Source: Burkholderiales bacterium
Lineage (GTDB): Bacteria > Pseudomonadota > Gammaproteobacteria > Burkholderiales > SG8-39
Direction: 5' to 3'
Length of the DNA stretch: 64,000 bases
Assembly (NCBI GenBank): GCA_035454685.1
Contig: DATIGN010000127.1
Location: 56,269 to 120,268, forward strand
Shown here: piece by piece, positions 32,234 to 44,885 of the stretch
Position numbering within the stretch: the first letter of the stretch is position 1
Layout: each line of letters starts with the position of its first letter
Notes under the pieces: model-generated
The model's input: the letters and a program-made list of their open reading frames with translations, nothing else
The model's database searches: none
What the model was told of the DNA's origin: nothing
Position numbers and translations under genes: made by a program

Positions 32234-33427
32234 CTAGATCTTTTCGGCAGGCTCGAGGCCGAAAACCTGACGCAGGTAGCGCAGGTAGCCCGGATCCTTG
32301 CTGATCGTCTTGCCGGGCGAGTCCGACACCTTGGCGACCGGCTGGCCGTTGCACTCGGTCATCTTGAGCACGATGTTGATCGGCTCGTAGCCGAGGTCGT
32401 TGGTGAGGTTGGTACCGATGCCGAACGACGTGCGCGCACGGCCGTAGAAACGTCGCGCGATCTCGATCGCAAGGGGAAACGAGAGCTGATCGGAGAAGAT
32501 GAGCGTCTTGGTGCGCGGATCGACGCGGTTCGCGCGGTAATGAGCGATCATCTTCTCGCCCCACTCGAAGGGATCGCCCGAGTCGTGCCGCGCCCCGTCG
32601 AAAAGCTTGCAGAAGTACATGTCGAAGTCGCGCAGGAAGGCCTCCAGCCCGTACGTATCGGCGATCGCGATGCCGAGGTCGCCGCGGTATTCCTGCGCCC
32701 ATTTGTCGAAGGCGAAGGTCTGCGAGTCGCGCAGCCGCGGTCCGAGCGCCTGGCAGGCCTGCATGTACTCGTGGGCCATGGTGCCGAGCGGCGTGAGCTG
32801 ATTGCGCATGGCGAACCAGACGTTGGAGGTGCCGGCGAAGTACTGCGGGACCTCGCGCTTGAGCGCCTGCACCACCTCCTCGTGCCACGCGAGCGAGAAG
32901 CGCCGGCGCGTGCCGAAGTCGGAAATCTTGAAGTCGAGCTCAGGCTCGACTGTGCGCACGAGATCGATCTTCGCCTTGAGGCGCCGCCGGCCCTCGTCGA
33001 GGTTCGGGCGCGGCTGCGTGCGCCGGAAGTACAGCTCCGACACGATCGCGAGCACCGGGATCTCATAGAGAATGGTATGCAACCACGGGCCGCGGATCGT
33101 GATGTCGATCTCGCCCGGCTTTTCGCCCAGTCCCGTGCCAACGTACTTCTCGTTGAACTGGAACAGGGCCAGGAAGTCGACGAAGTCGGACTTCATGAAA
33201 CGCAGGCCGCGCAGGTAAGCAAGCTCCTCGTCGCGGAAGCGCAGGCGGCAGAGCTCGGCGAGCTCGCGTTCGATGCGGTCGAGGTCGGAGCGCAGGTCCA
33301 CGCCCTCGGTACGGCACCTGAACCTGTATTCGACCTGCGCGCCAGGGAAGTGATGCAGCACCACCTGCATCATGGTGTACTTGTACAGGTCGGTGTCGAG
33401 CAGCGACTGGATGATCATCGCGCGCAA
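32234..33427 (-). CDS. pncB: Nicotinate phosphoribosyltransferase
   Basis: [25 protein letters not shown]-terminus and PncB-typical length. Confidence 0.92.
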   Translation of the reverse strand: MRAMIIQSLLDTDLYKYTMMQVVLHHFPGAQVEYRFRCRTEGVDLRSDLDRIERELAELCRLRFRDEELAYLRGLRFMKSDFVDFLALFQFNEKYVGTGLGEKPGEIDITIRGPWLHTILYEIPVLAIVSELYFRRTQPRPNLDEGRRRLKAKIDLVRTVEPELDFKISDFGTRRRFSLAWHEEVVQALKREVPQYFAGTSNVWFAMRNQLTPLGTMAHEYMQACQALGPRLRDSQTFAFDKWAQEYRGDLGIAIADTYGLEAFLRDFDMYFCKLFDGARHDSGDPFEWGEKMIAHYRANRVDPRTKTLIFSDQLSFPLAIEIARRFYGRARTSFGIGTNLTNDLGYEPINIVLKMTECNGQPVAKVSDSPGKTISKDPGYLRYLRQVFGLEPAEKI

Positions 33428-33456
33428 ATTGTACCCGGGGCGGTTATCCTCCCGGC

Positions 33457-34038
33457 ATGTGCGGCCGCTACGCGCTGCATGCGAATCCCGAGGTGCTGGC
33501 GCTGCAGTTCGGGCTCGATTCGGTGCCCGAATTCAGGCCGAGCTACAACATCGCGCCCGCGGCTGAAATCCTCGTGGTGCGGGCCGGGGCTGCGGCGCGC
33601 GCGCGCTGGGGCCTGCGCGGCCGGTTCGTCAACCTGCGCGCGGAAACCGTGCTCTCACGATTCGGAGCGAGCGGCCGCTGCCTCGTGCCGGCGAGCGGCT
33701 TCTATGAATGGAAAGCCGAACGCCGGCGCAAGCAGCCTTACTACTTTTGGCCCCCGCGCAATGCGCTGCTCGCGCTCGCCGCTCTGTGGGAACGGGATAC
33801 CTGCTCGCTCATTACTACGCATCCGAACCCGGTGGTACGCGCCGTTCACGATCGAATGCCCCTCATGGTGCCGAGGAGCCTTTATCAGGCGTGGCTGCAC
33901 GGCGACGAAACCATCCTCCGGTCAGCGCCCGAGATCGAGCTGCGCGCTCATCCAGTCAGTATGGCGGTAAACCAGGCCGCGAACGATTCGCCGGAGATGA
34001 TCGAGCCGGTCGAGCTAGCCCGCGGCCTGTTCGACTAA
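33457..34038 (+). CDS. yedK: SOS-response-associated peptidase (SRAP, YedK-like abasic-site processing protein)
   Basis: Invariant N-terminal [20 protein letters not shown] and HDRMPLMV motifs. Confidence 0.9.
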   Translation: MCGRYALHANPEVLALQFGLDSVPEFRPSYNIAPAAEILVVRAGAAARARWGLRGRFVNLRAETVLSRFGASGRCLVPASGFYEWKAERRRKQPYYFWPPRNALLALAALWERDTCSLITTHPNPVVRAVHDRMPLMVPRSLYQAWLHGDETILRSAPEIELRAHPVSMAVNQAANDSPEMIEPVELARGLFD

Positions 34039-35055
34039 TCCCTGCACGCGCACACCGAGGAGCCGCACCGCCTTCATTCCCGCCTGAGTGCGCGCGGCGA
34101 GCTCCACCGCCCACGAGGCAATGAGGTCCGCATCCGCTGTCGGGCGCGACAGCGTATGACTGCGCGTCACGGTCTTGAAATCGGAATAGCGCACCTTGAT
34201 CGTCACGGTGCGCGCTGCGAGCCGCCGCCGCGCGAGCCAGTCGGCGTTCTCGCGCGCCATGCGATCGAGCTCGGCGCGGATGGCATCCGCATCGACCAGA
34301 TCGTGCGCATACGTATTCTCCGTGCTGGAAGACTTCGACTCGCGGTCCGGCACCACCGGCCGCGGATCGTCGCCTTGCGAGAGCTGGCGCAGCCAGTCGG
34401 CGAGACTGCCCACGGTGTCGCGCAGGAGCTGCGCATCCGCGGTGCGGATCTGCACCAGCCGTTCTATCCCGAGTCCGCGCAGCTTGCGGGCAGTCACCGG
34501 CCCCACTCCCCACAGCGCTTCCACCGGCAGCTCCTGCAGGAAGCTCTCCACGCGCTCAGGCGAGATCACGGTAAGCCCGTCGGGCTTGCGGTAGCCGGAG
34601 GCGATCTTGGCCAGGAACTTGTTCGGCGCGACGCCCGCCGAAGCGGTGAGCCCCGTCTGCTCGACGATTTGCTGCTTCAGCCGTCGGGCGACGCGGCTAC
34701 CGAACTCCTCGCCCCAGGCGTTCTCGGTGACGTCCAGATAAGCCTCGTCGAGCGAAAGCGGCTCCACCAGCGGCGTGCAAGCTCGCAGAATGGCCATCAC
34801 CTGGCTCGACACGCGCCGGTAGCGCTCGAAGTCCGGAGACACGATCATGAGCTCGGGGCAGAGTCTCAGCGCGCGCGCCATCGGCATCGCCGAGCGCACG
34901 CCGAACGCGCGCGCCTCGTAGCTCGCGGCCGCCACCACGCCGCGCGCCTGCGGCCGGCCCCCGACCGCCACCGGCTTGCCGCGCAGTTCCGGTTGGTCGC
35001 GTTGCTCGACCGAGGCGTAGAACGCGTCCATGTCCAGATGGACAACCCGCCGCAT
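34015..35055 (-). CDS. dinB: DNA polymerase IV
   Basis: Start at the internal ATG ([20 protein letters not shown]). [10 protein letters not shown] and Y-family palm/little-finger blocks. Confidence 0.92.
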   Translation of the reverse strand: MRRVVHLDMDAFYASVEQRDQPELRGKPVAVGGRPQARGVVAAASYEARAFGVRSAMPMARALRLCPELMIVSPDFERYRRVSSQVMAILRACTPLVEPLSLDEAYLDVTENAWGEEFGSRVARRLKQQIVEQTGLTASAGVAPNKFLAKIASGYRKPDGLTVISPERVESFLQELPVEALWGVGPVTARKLRGLGIERLVQIRTADAQLLRDTVGSLADWLRQLSQGDDPRPVVPDRESKSSSTENTYAHDLVDADAIRAELDRMARENADWLARRRLAARTVTIKVRYSDFKTVTRSHTLSRPTADADLIASWAVELAARTQAGMKAVRLLGVRVQGLVEQAAG

Positions 35056-35056
35056 A

Positions 35057-35072
35057 CTGTATATATTGCCAC
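35057..35072. promoter_or_regulatory. Imperfect LexA-box-like site (CTGT-N8-CCAC) in the 19-bp dinB/lexA divergent spacer
   Basis: CTGTATATATTGCCAC. The left half is perfect; the right half matches 2 of 4 positions of ACAG. It overlaps the TATATT -10 candidate. Confidence 0.45.
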
Positions 35073-35074
35073 TA

Positions 35075-35704
35075 ATGGACGGACTTACAGAGCGGCAAGC
35101 GCAGATCCTGCGCCTCGTCCGGGAGCTGACCGAGGTCTCGGGTTTTCCGCCGACCCGCGCCGAGATCGCCGAGCGCATGGGCTTTCGCTCTGTGAACGCC
35201 GCCGAGCAACACCTGCGCGCGCTGGAGAAAAAGGGCGCGATCGAAATCTCTTCCGGAGCCTCGCGCGGCATCCGGGTGCGCGATGGCCGCCCTGCCGCCC
35301 GCCTCGGGCGGCTGCTCGAGCTGCCATTGGTCGGCCGCGTCGCCGCGGGCAGCCCGATCCTCGCCGAGGAGAACCTGCAGGGCCGCTACCAGGTCGATCC
35401 CAATCTGTTCACGCCGCGCGCCGACTACCTGTTGCGCGTGCGCGGCATGTCGATGCGCGATGCGGGAATCCTCGAGGGCGACCTGCTCGCCGTGCACAAG
35501 ACGAGCGAAGCGCGCAGCGGGCAGATCGTGGTCGCCCGGCTCGCCGACGAGGTCACCGTGAAGCGCTATCGCCGGCGCGGGCATACGGTGGAGCTCGAAG
35601 CGGAGAATCCGGATTACAAGCCCATCGAGATCGACCTGCGGCGTGAGCCGCTCACCATTGAAGGAACCGCCGTTGGCGTAATACGCAACGGCAAGGCCCT
35701 CTAA
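35075..35704 (+). CDS. lexA: LexA repressor
   Basis: [15 protein letters not shown]...[36 protein letters not shown] cleavage site (VAAGSP). Ser/Lys dyad region (GMSMRDAGI...VKR). Confidence 0.95.
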   Translation: MDGLTERQAQILRLVRELTEVSGFPPTRAEIAERMGFRSVNAAEQHLRALEKKGAIEISSGASRGIRVRDGRPAARLGRLLELPLVGRVAAGSPILAEENLQGRYQVDPNLFTPRADYLLRVRGMSMRDAGILEGDLLAVHKTSEARSGQIVVARLADEVTVKRYRRRGHTVELEAENPDYKPIEIDLRREPLTIEGTAVGVIRNGKAL

Positions 35705-35741
35705 GACATCTTAGAATGGCGCTGGCCCCAGGCCCGCGCCG

Positions 35742-37550
<1,809 letters not shown>

Positions 37551-37563
37551 GATCGAAGACCCC

Positions 37564-37953
37564 ATGCCAGACCGGCCTCTCAACCGCATCTGCTACGTCG
37601 AGGACGACGAGGACATCCAGCGCATCGTGCGCATGTCGCTCGAGCGGGTCGGCAAGATGACCGTCGCGGTGGTCGGCGATCCAACCCAGGCGATCGAAAC
37701 CATGGCTGAGTTTCGCCCCGACTTGGTGATGCTCGACTGGATGATGCCGGTGATGGACGGCCCGACGCTATTCCGGCAGATGAAGCTGCGTCCGGAAACG
37801 AGCAGCCTGCCGGTGGTGTTCATTACCGCCCGCGCCTCGCCGCGCGACCTGGACGACCTAAAAAACCTCGGGGCCGCTGGGACCATCTCGAAGCCGTTCT
37901 CGCCCAAGGACCTGCCCGACCAGCTGCGCGCGATCTGGGCCGCGCTCCCCTGA
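37564..37953 (+). CDS. Stand-alone receiver (CheY-like) response regulator
   Basis: 129 aa. EDDEDI acidic pocket, phospho-acceptor in LVMLDWMMP, T/K positions (FITA, ISKPF). No output domain. Confidence 0.85.
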   Translation: MPDRPLNRICYVEDDEDIQRIVRMSLERVGKMTVAVVGDPTQAIETMAEFRPDLVMLDWMMPVMDGPTLFRQMKLRPETSSLPVVFITARASPRDLDDLKNLGAAGTISKPFSPKDLPDQLRAIWAALP

Positions 37954-38006
37954 CGCACATCGCCGCTCTTACCGCGCGATCTGACCGTCTCGCCGTGACC
38001 TGACCT

Positions 38007-39248
38007 CTATTGCGCGGCGGGCTGCTGCTCGAACTTGCGCGCGAGAAAGCCGATGACCTCGTCTGCGTTACGGAACCGGGCATCGCGGTCCTTCTCCACC
38101 AGCTTGTCCAGCAAAGGCTGGTACTGCGCGAGCTCCGGCGGCAACGACGGCGGGATGGTGTTCAAATGGTGCATGGCGATCTCCATGGCGGTCTCGCCAT
38201 CGAACATGTGCCTGCCGGTGAGCATCTGGTAGAGCAGCACGCCCGCGCTGTAGATGTCTGTGCGCAGGTCGAGCGCACGCCCTTGCACCTGCTCCGGGCT
38301 CATGTAGCGCGGCGTGCCTAGCACTTCGCCGGCCCCGGTGCGGTCCGCTGCCGCGATGTTCTTCGCGATGCCAAAGTCCACGATCGAGAGCGTGCCGTCG
38401 CGGCGGAACATCAGATTCTGGGGCTTGAGGTCGCGGTGCAGGATGCCCTTCTCGTGAATGTCGCCGAGCGCGAACATGAGCTCGCGGAAGAGTCTCAGCG
38501 CCTCCTGCGGCGGCACCGGCCGGTTGCCCAGGCGCTTGCTCAGGTCGCCGCCCTCGAAAAACTCCATCACCAGATAGACGTTGTTCTCGTACCTACCGTG
38601 CCCGAGGATGCGGGCGACGTGGCGGCTCTGGATCCGCTCGACCATGGCGAACTCTTCCATGAACCGCTCCATCGCTTTGCGGTTGACCACGGCGTCCTGG
38701 CGCAGGATTTTGACCACGAGCGGCTCGTCGTCGTCCTCGCGCGAGGCGAGGTAAACCCGGGCCGTGCCGCCTTCGCCGATCAGGTGCAGGATCCTGATGC
38801 CAGGGATGCGCACCTTGACGCGCAGGTTCTGGCCTTCCATGCGCGACGCCAGGTCGGGCGACACGGTGCGCTCCACCGGAGTCGCGGTGAGCTCCCGGAT
38901 CGAGGCAATCAGCTTTTCGCGGGTGAGCTCCTGCTTGCGCTGATAGTCGTCCGCGCCGGCCTTGATCGCGCGCACGGCGATGATCTCGTTGCCGGCGCCG
39001 GTCAGAAACAGGACCTTCGGGCAGTCGTCGCGCCGCTTGAGCGCTTTCAGCCACTCCAGGCCGTCGCCGCGGCCGAGCATGTAGTCGAGCACGATGACGT
39101 CGTAGGAGCGCAGCGGAAAAGCGGCGCTCGGCAGGTCGTGCTCAAGCGGATCGTAGCCATCGATCTGGGCGTCTGGCCACTGGCTGCGGACGTAGCGCGA
39201 TACGAGGTTGCGCAGATCTTCGTCGTCATCGATCAGCAGGATGCGCAT
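38007..39248 (-). CDS. Receiver domain fused to a Hanks-type Ser/Thr protein kinase
   Basis: REC: MRILLIDDDEDL, VIVLDYML, GADDYQRK. Kinase: GEGGTARVY, VVKIL, HRDLKPQNLMF, DFGIAK, GTPRYMSPEQ. Confidence 0.9.
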   Translation of the reverse strand: MRILLIDDDEDLRNLVSRYVRSQWPDAQIDGYDPLEHDLPSAAFPLRSYDVIVLDYMLGRGDGLEWLKALKRRDDCPKVLFLTGAGNEIIAVRAIKAGADDYQRKQELTREKLIASIRELTATPVERTVSPDLASRMEGQNLRVKVRIPGIRILHLIGEGGTARVYLASREDDDEPLVVKILRQDAVVNRKAMERFMEEFAMVERIQSRHVARILGHGRYENNVYLVMEFFEGGDLSKRLGNRPVPPQEALRLFRELMFALGDIHEKGILHRDLKPQNLMFRRDGTLSIVDFGIAKNIAAADRTGAGEVLGTPRYMSPEQVQGRALDLRTDIYSAGVLLYQMLTGRHMFDGETAMEIAMHHLNTIPPSLPPELAQYQPLLDKLVEKDRDARFRNADEVIGFLARKFEQQPAAQ

Positions 39249-39258
39249 CGGCTACGCA

Positions 39259-39564
39259 TCACTCATACGCGATCTGCACTTTGGAGAGGTAGTCGCCGTA
39301 CTCGCTGATGCTCGCGTGCAGCGCGGCGCGGTCGCCGCTGCGCGCCCCTTCCTCGATGTACTTGCCGAGCGTGGAGACGTGAACGAAGCCGTATGAGCTC
39401 CCGACTCCCTTCATGCGGTGTCCAAGCTGGCGAAGCTTCTCGAAGTCGGCAGCGGCGAGCGCCGCGCGCAGAGCGTCGAGCTCCTGGTGCCGGTTGCTCA
39501 TGAACACCGGGATAAGGTCCTGCAGGTCCTTCGCTACAGTCACCGAGTAGTGATCCACGCTCAT
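39259..39564 (-). CDS. Histidine phosphotransfer (Hpt) domain protein
   Basis: 101 aa, four-helix pattern with LRQLGHRMKGVGSSYGF (consensus HxxKG). Confidence 0.8.
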   Translation of the reverse strand: MSVDHYSVTVAKDLQDLIPVFMSNRHQELDALRAALAAADFEKLRQLGHRMKGVGSSYGFVHVSTLGKYIEEGARSGDRAALHASISEYGDYLSKVQIAYE

Positions 39565-39570
39565 GGCGGC

Positions 39571-39576
39571 ATTATA
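39571..39576 (-). promoter_or_regulatory. Perfect TATAAT hexamer 6 nt upstream of the Hpt ATG (possible internal, leaderless-type promoter)
   Basis: Minus strand reads TAACTATAATGCCGCCATG. There is no SD and no convincing -35. Confidence 0.3.
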
Positions 39577-39598
39577 GTTACCGGATCTGCCCGACTAG

Positions 39599-40096
39599 TC
39601 AGGGATTGTCAGCAGGGACGGCGAGGTGGGGATGGATCGAGCGCGCCGTCTGCACGGCGAAGCGGGCTTCCGCGGCGGCCCGCGCCGAGCGCAGGATCTC
39701 GGCGAAATGCAGCATCGCCCCAAAGTGCCGCGGCTCGAGCTCGAGGGTGCGCCGAATGTCGCGCATGCATTCGTCATCGCGCCCGAGCAAATAGTGCAGC
39801 GCGGCCCGCTTGTGCCACGCCTCGGCGAAGTCCGGAGCCCGGCGCAGGAGCACGGTAAGGCGCGTCTCGGCAATATCGTAGCGGCGCGCGGCGATGTCGC
39901 TGGTCGCGAGGTCGAGCTCGCGCGCCGCGGCGTGATGCGGATGATGCATCCAGACATCCCAGATACGCTCTTCGGTCGGGGTTGCCTCGTCGGGAGCGCA
40001 GCGCGCAAGCTGGCGGAAAAGCGCGTCGAGCAGCGGCGAGGCGCGGGCCGGGCGCCGGGTGCGATAGCTACTGATGAGCCTCAGGATCTCGGTCAA
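39599..40096 (-). CDS. Small TPR-repeat protein
   Basis: 165 aa with an apparent TTG start. APDFAEAWHKRAALHYLLGRDDECMRDIRRTLELEPRHFGAM resembles TPR units. Confidence 0.65.
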   Translation of the reverse strand: MTEILRLISSYRTRRPARASPLLDALFRQLARCAPDEATPTEERIWDVWMHHPHHAAARELDLATSDIAARRYDIAETRLTVLLRRAPDFAEAWHKRAALHYLLGRDDECMRDIRRTLELEPRHFGAMLHFAEILRSARAAAEARFAVQTARSIHPHLAVPADNP

Positions 40097-40108
40097 GCGA
40101 GGCAGATC

Positions 40109-43090
40109 TTAGTGGAAATCGCGCGAGCCGGTAGCGAGCGGCCCGAGCAGCGCGCTATAGTCCGAGAGGCGCTGGGCGACGAGATGCACTACTTCACCAT
40201 CGCGCTCGACCACGCCCGCCACGCCCATCAGCCGGGCGCCGAGCAGCTCGCGCCGCTGGCGCTCGAGCAGGTCGCGCCACACCACGATGTTCATGCATCC
40301 GGTTTCGTCCTCTAGCGTGACGAATATCACTCCGCTTGCCGTGTCGGGCCGCTGCCGGCAGGTGACCAGCCCGGCGACGCGCGCCGGGGCGCCGTGCGGT
40401 CTTGATTTGAGCTCTTCAGCCTTGAGGAGCCGCATCTTGTCCAGGCGTTTCCTCAGCAAAGCCAGAGGATGGCGGCCAAGCGTGAGCCCGAGGCTCGCGT
40501 AGTCGGCGACGATCTCCTCGCCTTCGGGCGGGGCTTCGAGCGCCGGTACGCACTCGTGCGCCGGGATGTCGAGCGGCGCGCGTTGCACCGCGCCCGCGGC
40601 TACCCAGCGCGCGAAGCGCCGGTGCCCGGCAAGCGACTCCAGCGCACCGGCGGCCGCCAAGCAGCGCAGATCGCCTTTGTTCAATTTCAGATCATGAATG
40701 GAGCGATACGGCCGGCCTGCCGCGATGCGCCTGCCTTCTCCTTCGGCAAGGCCGCTCACCATGCGCAAGCCCAGGCGCACGGCCCCGCCCTCGAGCGTGC
40801 AGTCCCACTCGCTCAGCTGCACATCGGGCGGACGCACCTCCACGCCGTGCCGGCGGGCATCCTGCACGAGCTGCGCCGGCGCGTAAAAGCCCATCGGCTG
40901 GCTGTTCAGCAGCGCGGCGCAGAATGCCGCCGGATAATGGCACTTGATCCAGGACGAGACGTACACGAGCAGCGCGAAGCTGGCCGAGTGCGACTCCGGG
41001 AAGCCATACTCGCCGAAGCCGAGGATCTGCCGGTAGATGGAATCGGCAAACGCCTCGCTGTAGCCGTTGCGTCGCATCCCGGTTTTTAATCGTTCTTCAA
41101 AAGGCTCGAGGCCGCCGCTGCGCTTCCATGCCGCCATCGACCGGCGCAGCCGGTCGGCCTCGCCCGGCGTGAAGCCCGCCGCCACCATCGCAAGCTCCAT
41201 CACCTGCTCCTGAAAGATGGGAACGCCCAGCGTTCTCTTCAAAACCGCTTCCACTTCGGGGCTCGGATAAACCACGGGCTCCAGGCCGCGCCGGCGCCGC
41301 AGGTAGGGATGCACCATGCCGCCCTGGATCGGTCCCGGGCGCACGATCGCCACCTCGATGACCAGATCGTAGAAATTCTGCGGCCGAAGGCGCGGCAGCA
41401 TGCTCATCTGGGCGCGTGACTCGATCTGGAACACGCCCACGGTGTCGGCCTTCTGGATCATGCGGTAGACCGCGGGATCTTCCGGCGGAACCTCGTGGAT
41501 TGGGAGATTGATGAATTGCAAAGCCCTTCTTATGGCGCTCAGCATGCCGAGGGCGAGCACATCGACCTTGAGCAGACCGAGCGCCTCGAGGTCGTCCTTG
41601 TCCCACTGGATGACGCTGCGATCCGGCATCGCGGCGTTCTCGATCGGCACGAGCTGCGCAAGCGGACCGCGCGAGATGACGAAGCCGCCGACGTGCTGCG
41701 AAAGATGGCGCGGAAAGCCGACGAGGGTCTGCACGAGCTCCAGGAACTGGCCGTCCAGGCACCCGGGCAATGCGCTGCGGGTATCCCAGAATGTCAAGCC
41801 CTTCGCCAGACGATCCACCTCGTCGAGCGGCAGGCCGAGTGCCTTGCCGACATCGCGCACGGCGCTTTTCGGGCGATAGCAGATCACCGTCGCGGCAAGC
41901 GCGGCGCGCTCGCGGCTGTACTTGCGGTAGACGTACTGGATCACCTCCTCGCGCCGCTGGTGCTCGAAGTCGACGTCGATATCGGGCGGCTCGTTGCGCT
42001 CGCGCGACACGAAGCGCTCGAACAGCATGTTCATGCGCGCCGGGTCGACCTCGGTGATGCCGAGCGCGTAGCACACCACCGAGTTTGCCGCTGAACCCCT
42101 GCCCTGGCAGAGAATTTCTTGGTCTCGAGCGTAACGCACCACGTCGTGCACGGTAAGGAAGAAGGGCTCGTAGCCGAGCTCGGCGATGAGCCTAAGCTCA
42201 TGCTCCATCAGCTCGGCGACCTTCGCCGGCGCGCCCGCCGGGAAGCGCCGGCGCAGTCCCTGTTCGGCAAGCATCCTCAGCCACGAAGCAGGGGTATGGC
42301 CCTCCGGCACGAGCTCCGCGGGATACTCATACTTGAGGCAATCCAAGGAGAAGCCGCAACGTTCGGCGATGACGAGCGTTTCGGCGAGGAGCTCGGTCGG
42401 ATAAAGCTGCGCGAGGCGCATGCGCAGGCGCAAGTGCCGCTCGGCATTGGGAAAGAGCGCTTGCCCGCATTGCGCGACCGGTCTGCCCAAGCGCACCGCG
42501 GTGAGGACATCCTGCAGGCGCCGGCGCGAGCGCACGTGCATGTGCACGTCGCCGCTCGCCACCAAGGGAAGCATGCTTTTTCTGGAGATGTTCTTCAGAA
42601 AAGCCATCCTTGCCCGATCGTTCGGCCCGCAATGCAGCTCGGTCCCGATCCATGCATGGCCGTGGAAACGTTCCGCGATCCACGCTGCAGGAGCCGGATC
42701 CTGTCCGGGAATCCAGAGCATCAGCGCGCCGGTGCCGGAAACCGATTCCACGTCCGCAAGCTTGAGGGAGTAAGCACCCTTCTTGCTGCGTCGTCTTCCG
42801 GTGGTGATAAGAGAGGAGATCGCCCCATACGAGCGCCGGTCGGCGGCGAGCAGCACGAGCTTGACTCCCTCGGCGAGGATCTCGGTGCCGAGGATGAGCG
42901 GCAGGCCGCAATCCTTCGCTTGCTGGTGCGCGCGCACCGCGCCGGCTAGCGAGCACTCGTCGGTCAGCGCGAGCGCCCTGTAGCCGAGCGCCTGCGCGCG
43001 CGACACGAGCTCCTCGGGATGCGACGCGCCGCGCAGGAAGCTGAAGTTGGAGAGGCAGTGCAGCTCGGCGTAATCAGGCAAAGAGGCCAT
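40109..43090 (-). CDS. dnaE2: Error-prone DNA polymerase DnaE2 (ImuC)
   Basis: Start at the internal ATG ([29 protein letters not shown]). PHP and Pol III alpha core blocks. 993 aa. Confidence 0.95.
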   Translation of the reverse strand: MASLPDYAELHCLSNFSFLRGASHPEELVSRAQALGYRALALTDECSLAGAVRAHQQAKDCGLPLILGTEILAEGVKLVLLAADRRSYGAISSLITTGRRRSKKGAYSLKLADVESVSGTGALMLWIPGQDPAPAAWIAERFHGHAWIGTELHCGPNDRARMAFLKNISRKSMLPLVASGDVHMHVRSRRRLQDVLTAVRLGRPVAQCGQALFPNAERHLRLRMRLAQLYPTELLAETLVIAERCGFSLDCLKYEYPAELVPEGHTPASWLRMLAEQGLRRRFPAGAPAKVAELMEHELRLIAELGYEPFFLTVHDVVRYARDQEILCQGRGSAANSVVCYALGITEVDPARMNMLFERFVSRERNEPPDIDVDFEHQRREEVIQYVYRKYSRERAALAATVICYRPKSAVRDVGKALGLPLDEVDRLAKGLTFWDTRSALPGCLDGQFLELVQTLVGFPRHLSQHVGGFVISRGPLAQLVPIENAAMPDRSVIQWDKDDLEALGLLKVDVLALGMLSAIRRALQFINLPIHEVPPEDPAVYRMIQKADTVGVFQIESRAQMSMLPRLRPQNFYDLVIEVAIVRPGPIQGGMVHPYLRRRRGLEPVVYPSPEVEAVLKRTLGVPIFQEQVMELAMVAAGFTPGEADRLRRSMAAWKRSGGLEPFEERLKTGMRRNGYSEAFADSIYRQILGFGEYGFPESHSASFALLVYVSSWIKCHYPAAFCAALLNSQPMGFYAPAQLVQDARRHGVEVRPPDVQLSEWDCTLEGGAVRLGLRMVSGLAEGEGRRIAAGRPYRSIHDLKLNKGDLRCLAAAGALESLAGHRRFARWVAAGAVQRAPLDIPAHECVPALEAPPEGEEIVADYASLGLTLGRHPLALLRKRLDKMRLLKAEELKSRPHGAPARVAGLVTCRQRPDTASGVIFVTLEDETGCMNIVVWRDLLERQRRELLGARLMGVAGVVERDGEVVHLVAQRLSDYSALLGPLATGSRDFH

Positions 43091-44261
43091 GCAGGTACCA
43101 TTCGTAGGTCGAGCTGCCGCCAGCTTCCCGGTAGACCCAGGCGAGCGCGCCGTCGGACAGCCGGGCGACGAAGTAATCGCGCCTCGCGTCATCGCCGTCC
43201 CACCAGCCCGACTCGATGCGCTCAGGACCGGCGAGCGCAGTGAATTCGCTTTCTTTGAGCTTTTTCGGTTCAAGAAGCCAAACTGGGCGCGGGCCGGGAG
43301 CCGCATACGTTCGCGGATCCCATTCGCCGGGCTCGACGCGCCGCCAGGCGTGCTCCGGGCGATGATCCGGCAGCGCGGCGAAGCCGTGCACGGCGGCATT
43401 GCCCAGCCGGGCGCGCAACCGCTCGAGGAGCTCGGCCCAGTCTTCGACTGCGCGCGCCGCATCGCCGAACATCCCTGCGCTGGCCGCCTGGAGCGGGGCG
43501 AAGTCGCCGGCCTCGAGCCGCATCGCCGTTACCGGCTCGGCCAGCTGCACCTGGGCAAGACGCTCGCGCAGCACTCGCGCCATGCGCTCGGCATCCCGAG
43601 TCGCGGAAGCGAGCGTGATCTCGACGCTGCTCGCGCGGCTTTCGTGCAGCAGGACGAGCCGGAAGGCGCGAATGCCCTCGTGTCGCGCCGCAAGCAGGCC
43701 TGCGAGCTGCATGAGCAGCCGGCGGGCGCCGAAAAGCAGGCTTTCGGCGTGAGCCACTTCCGCGGGCAGCTCGAGCCTTGCATCGAAGCGCCGCGGCGGC
43801 GCGAAAAAGCTGCGCGGTTCGGGAGCCGCCCCAAGCGCCCGGTCGAGGTCTTTAACCACCGCCGCGCCGCAGCGCAGCGCAAGCCCTTCGCGCGGCAGCT
43901 CGAGCAGCGCTCCGACGGTAGAGATCCCGACTGCGCGGAGCAATTCGACGTCGAAGCCGGTCACCTCGACCGGGAGCGACTCCAGCTGGGTTTCGCCTTC
44001 GCCGCGCGCGAGCCACAGCGCGGCGCGCGCGGTGGACGCGGCCGCGAGGTAAAACGGGTAGCCGAGCTCGCCCAGCCCGGCCGCCAACTTCTGCGTGAGC
44101 GGCCTGAATCCTCCGAGCAATCGCAGGCTGCCGTGCACTTCCAGCAGCAACTCCTGCGGCGGCTCGAGCGAGACTCTAGGCGTGAACTGGCACGTCCAGG
44201 CGGCAATCGGCGCGAGCGCCTGCGGCGGCAGGCACGGGAAGTGGAGTGCGACCCAAAACAT
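43074..44261 (-). CDS. imuB: ImuB, Y-family-polymerase-like mutasome subunit
   Basis: [17 protein letters not shown]-terminus is typical of ImuB. Position between imuA and dnaE2. Confidence 0.85.
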   Translation of the reverse strand: MFWVALHFPCLPPQALAPIAAWTCQFTPRVSLEPPQELLLEVHGSLRLLGGFRPLTQKLAAGLGELGYPFYLAAASTARAALWLARGEGETQLESLPVEVTGFDVELLRAVGISTVGALLELPREGLALRCGAAVVKDLDRALGAAPEPRSFFAPPRRFDARLELPAEVAHAESLLFGARRLLMQLAGLLAARHEGIRAFRLVLLHESRASSVEITLASATRDAERMARVLRERLAQVQLAEPVTAMRLEAGDFAPLQAASAGMFGDAARAVEDWAELLERLRARLGNAAVHGFAALPDHRPEHAWRRVEPGEWDPRTYAAPGPRPVWLLEPKKLKESEFTALAGPERIESGWWDGDDARRDYFVARLSDGALAWVYREAGGSSTYEWYLHGLFA

Positions 44262-44883
44262 GGAAAGGCCTGTTCACGGAAACGAGGAGCGGCGCCACCG
44301 CAGGCGCTCCCCTGCGCTTGAGGATGCGCAGCGCGAGCGCGCCGCCCTCAGGCTCGATAGCGATGCGCAGGGCGGCGGGCGAGGTCTCGCGCGCAGCTTC
44401 GGGCGGGCGAAAAAGCGTCACCCAGGCCGGGCCACCTTGCGCGGCGAGCGCGAGGCGCCGCAGCTCTCGGTAGCCCGGGCGGCGCAACCAGGCGAGCAAG
44501 GCATGGCAGCTTCTCGAGCGCAGCACTTGTTCTGCGGCCCACAGCGCATCGCGCCGGCCGGGCGTACGCATCACCACGAGGTTGGCGAGATCCACGCCCA
44601 CGGCGGCGAGCGCCGGCGCGTAGGGAAGATGCGGCGGCGCGAGCCATACCACGCGCTTGCCGGCCCAGGAAAGCGCCGCCAGGGTCGGCAGCACGATGCC
44701 GAGCTCGCCTATGCCTTCATGCCCGCAAAGGATCTCGGTGAGCGCGCCGGTCGGCCAGCCGTCTCCGGGCAAGGCGCGGTCCAGGTCTGGATATGTCGTT
44801 GAAAGGGTGGGGGAAAAATAACCGGCGACCCGACCGCGCCAGACCGGGTGCCGCTCGAGAATATGTTTCAGGGCAGCGTTCAT
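44176..44883 (-). CDS. imuA: ImuA, RecA/SulA-like mutasome subunit
   Basis: GWPTGALTEILCGHEGIGELGIVLP is typical of ImuA. Start is ambiguous (ATG 44883 or 44895). The 3' end overlaps imuB by 86 nt. Confidence 0.8.
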   Translation of the reverse strand: MNAALKHILERHPVWRGRVAGYFSPTLSTTYPDLDRALPGDGWPTGALTEILCGHEGIGELGIVLPTLAALSWAGKRVVWLAPPHLPYAPALAAVGVDLANLVVMRTPGRRDALWAAEQVLRSRSCHALLAWLRRPGYRELRRLALAAQGGPAWVTLFRPPEAARETSPAALRIAIEPEGGALALRILKRRGAPAVAPLLVSVNRPFHVLGRTPLPVPAAAGARADCRLDVPVHA

Positions 44884-44885
44884 GA

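Noticed and set aside
40109-43462. N-terminal extensions of track ORFs, which take the longest ORF. Examples are dnaE2 to 43462, 11243-, 16396-, 22694-, 50293-, 53502-54893 and 62436-.
   Set aside because: The extensions overlap the preceding gene and look like off-frame translation. Conserved N-termini begin at internal starts, often with an SD or a 4-nt stop/start overlap.
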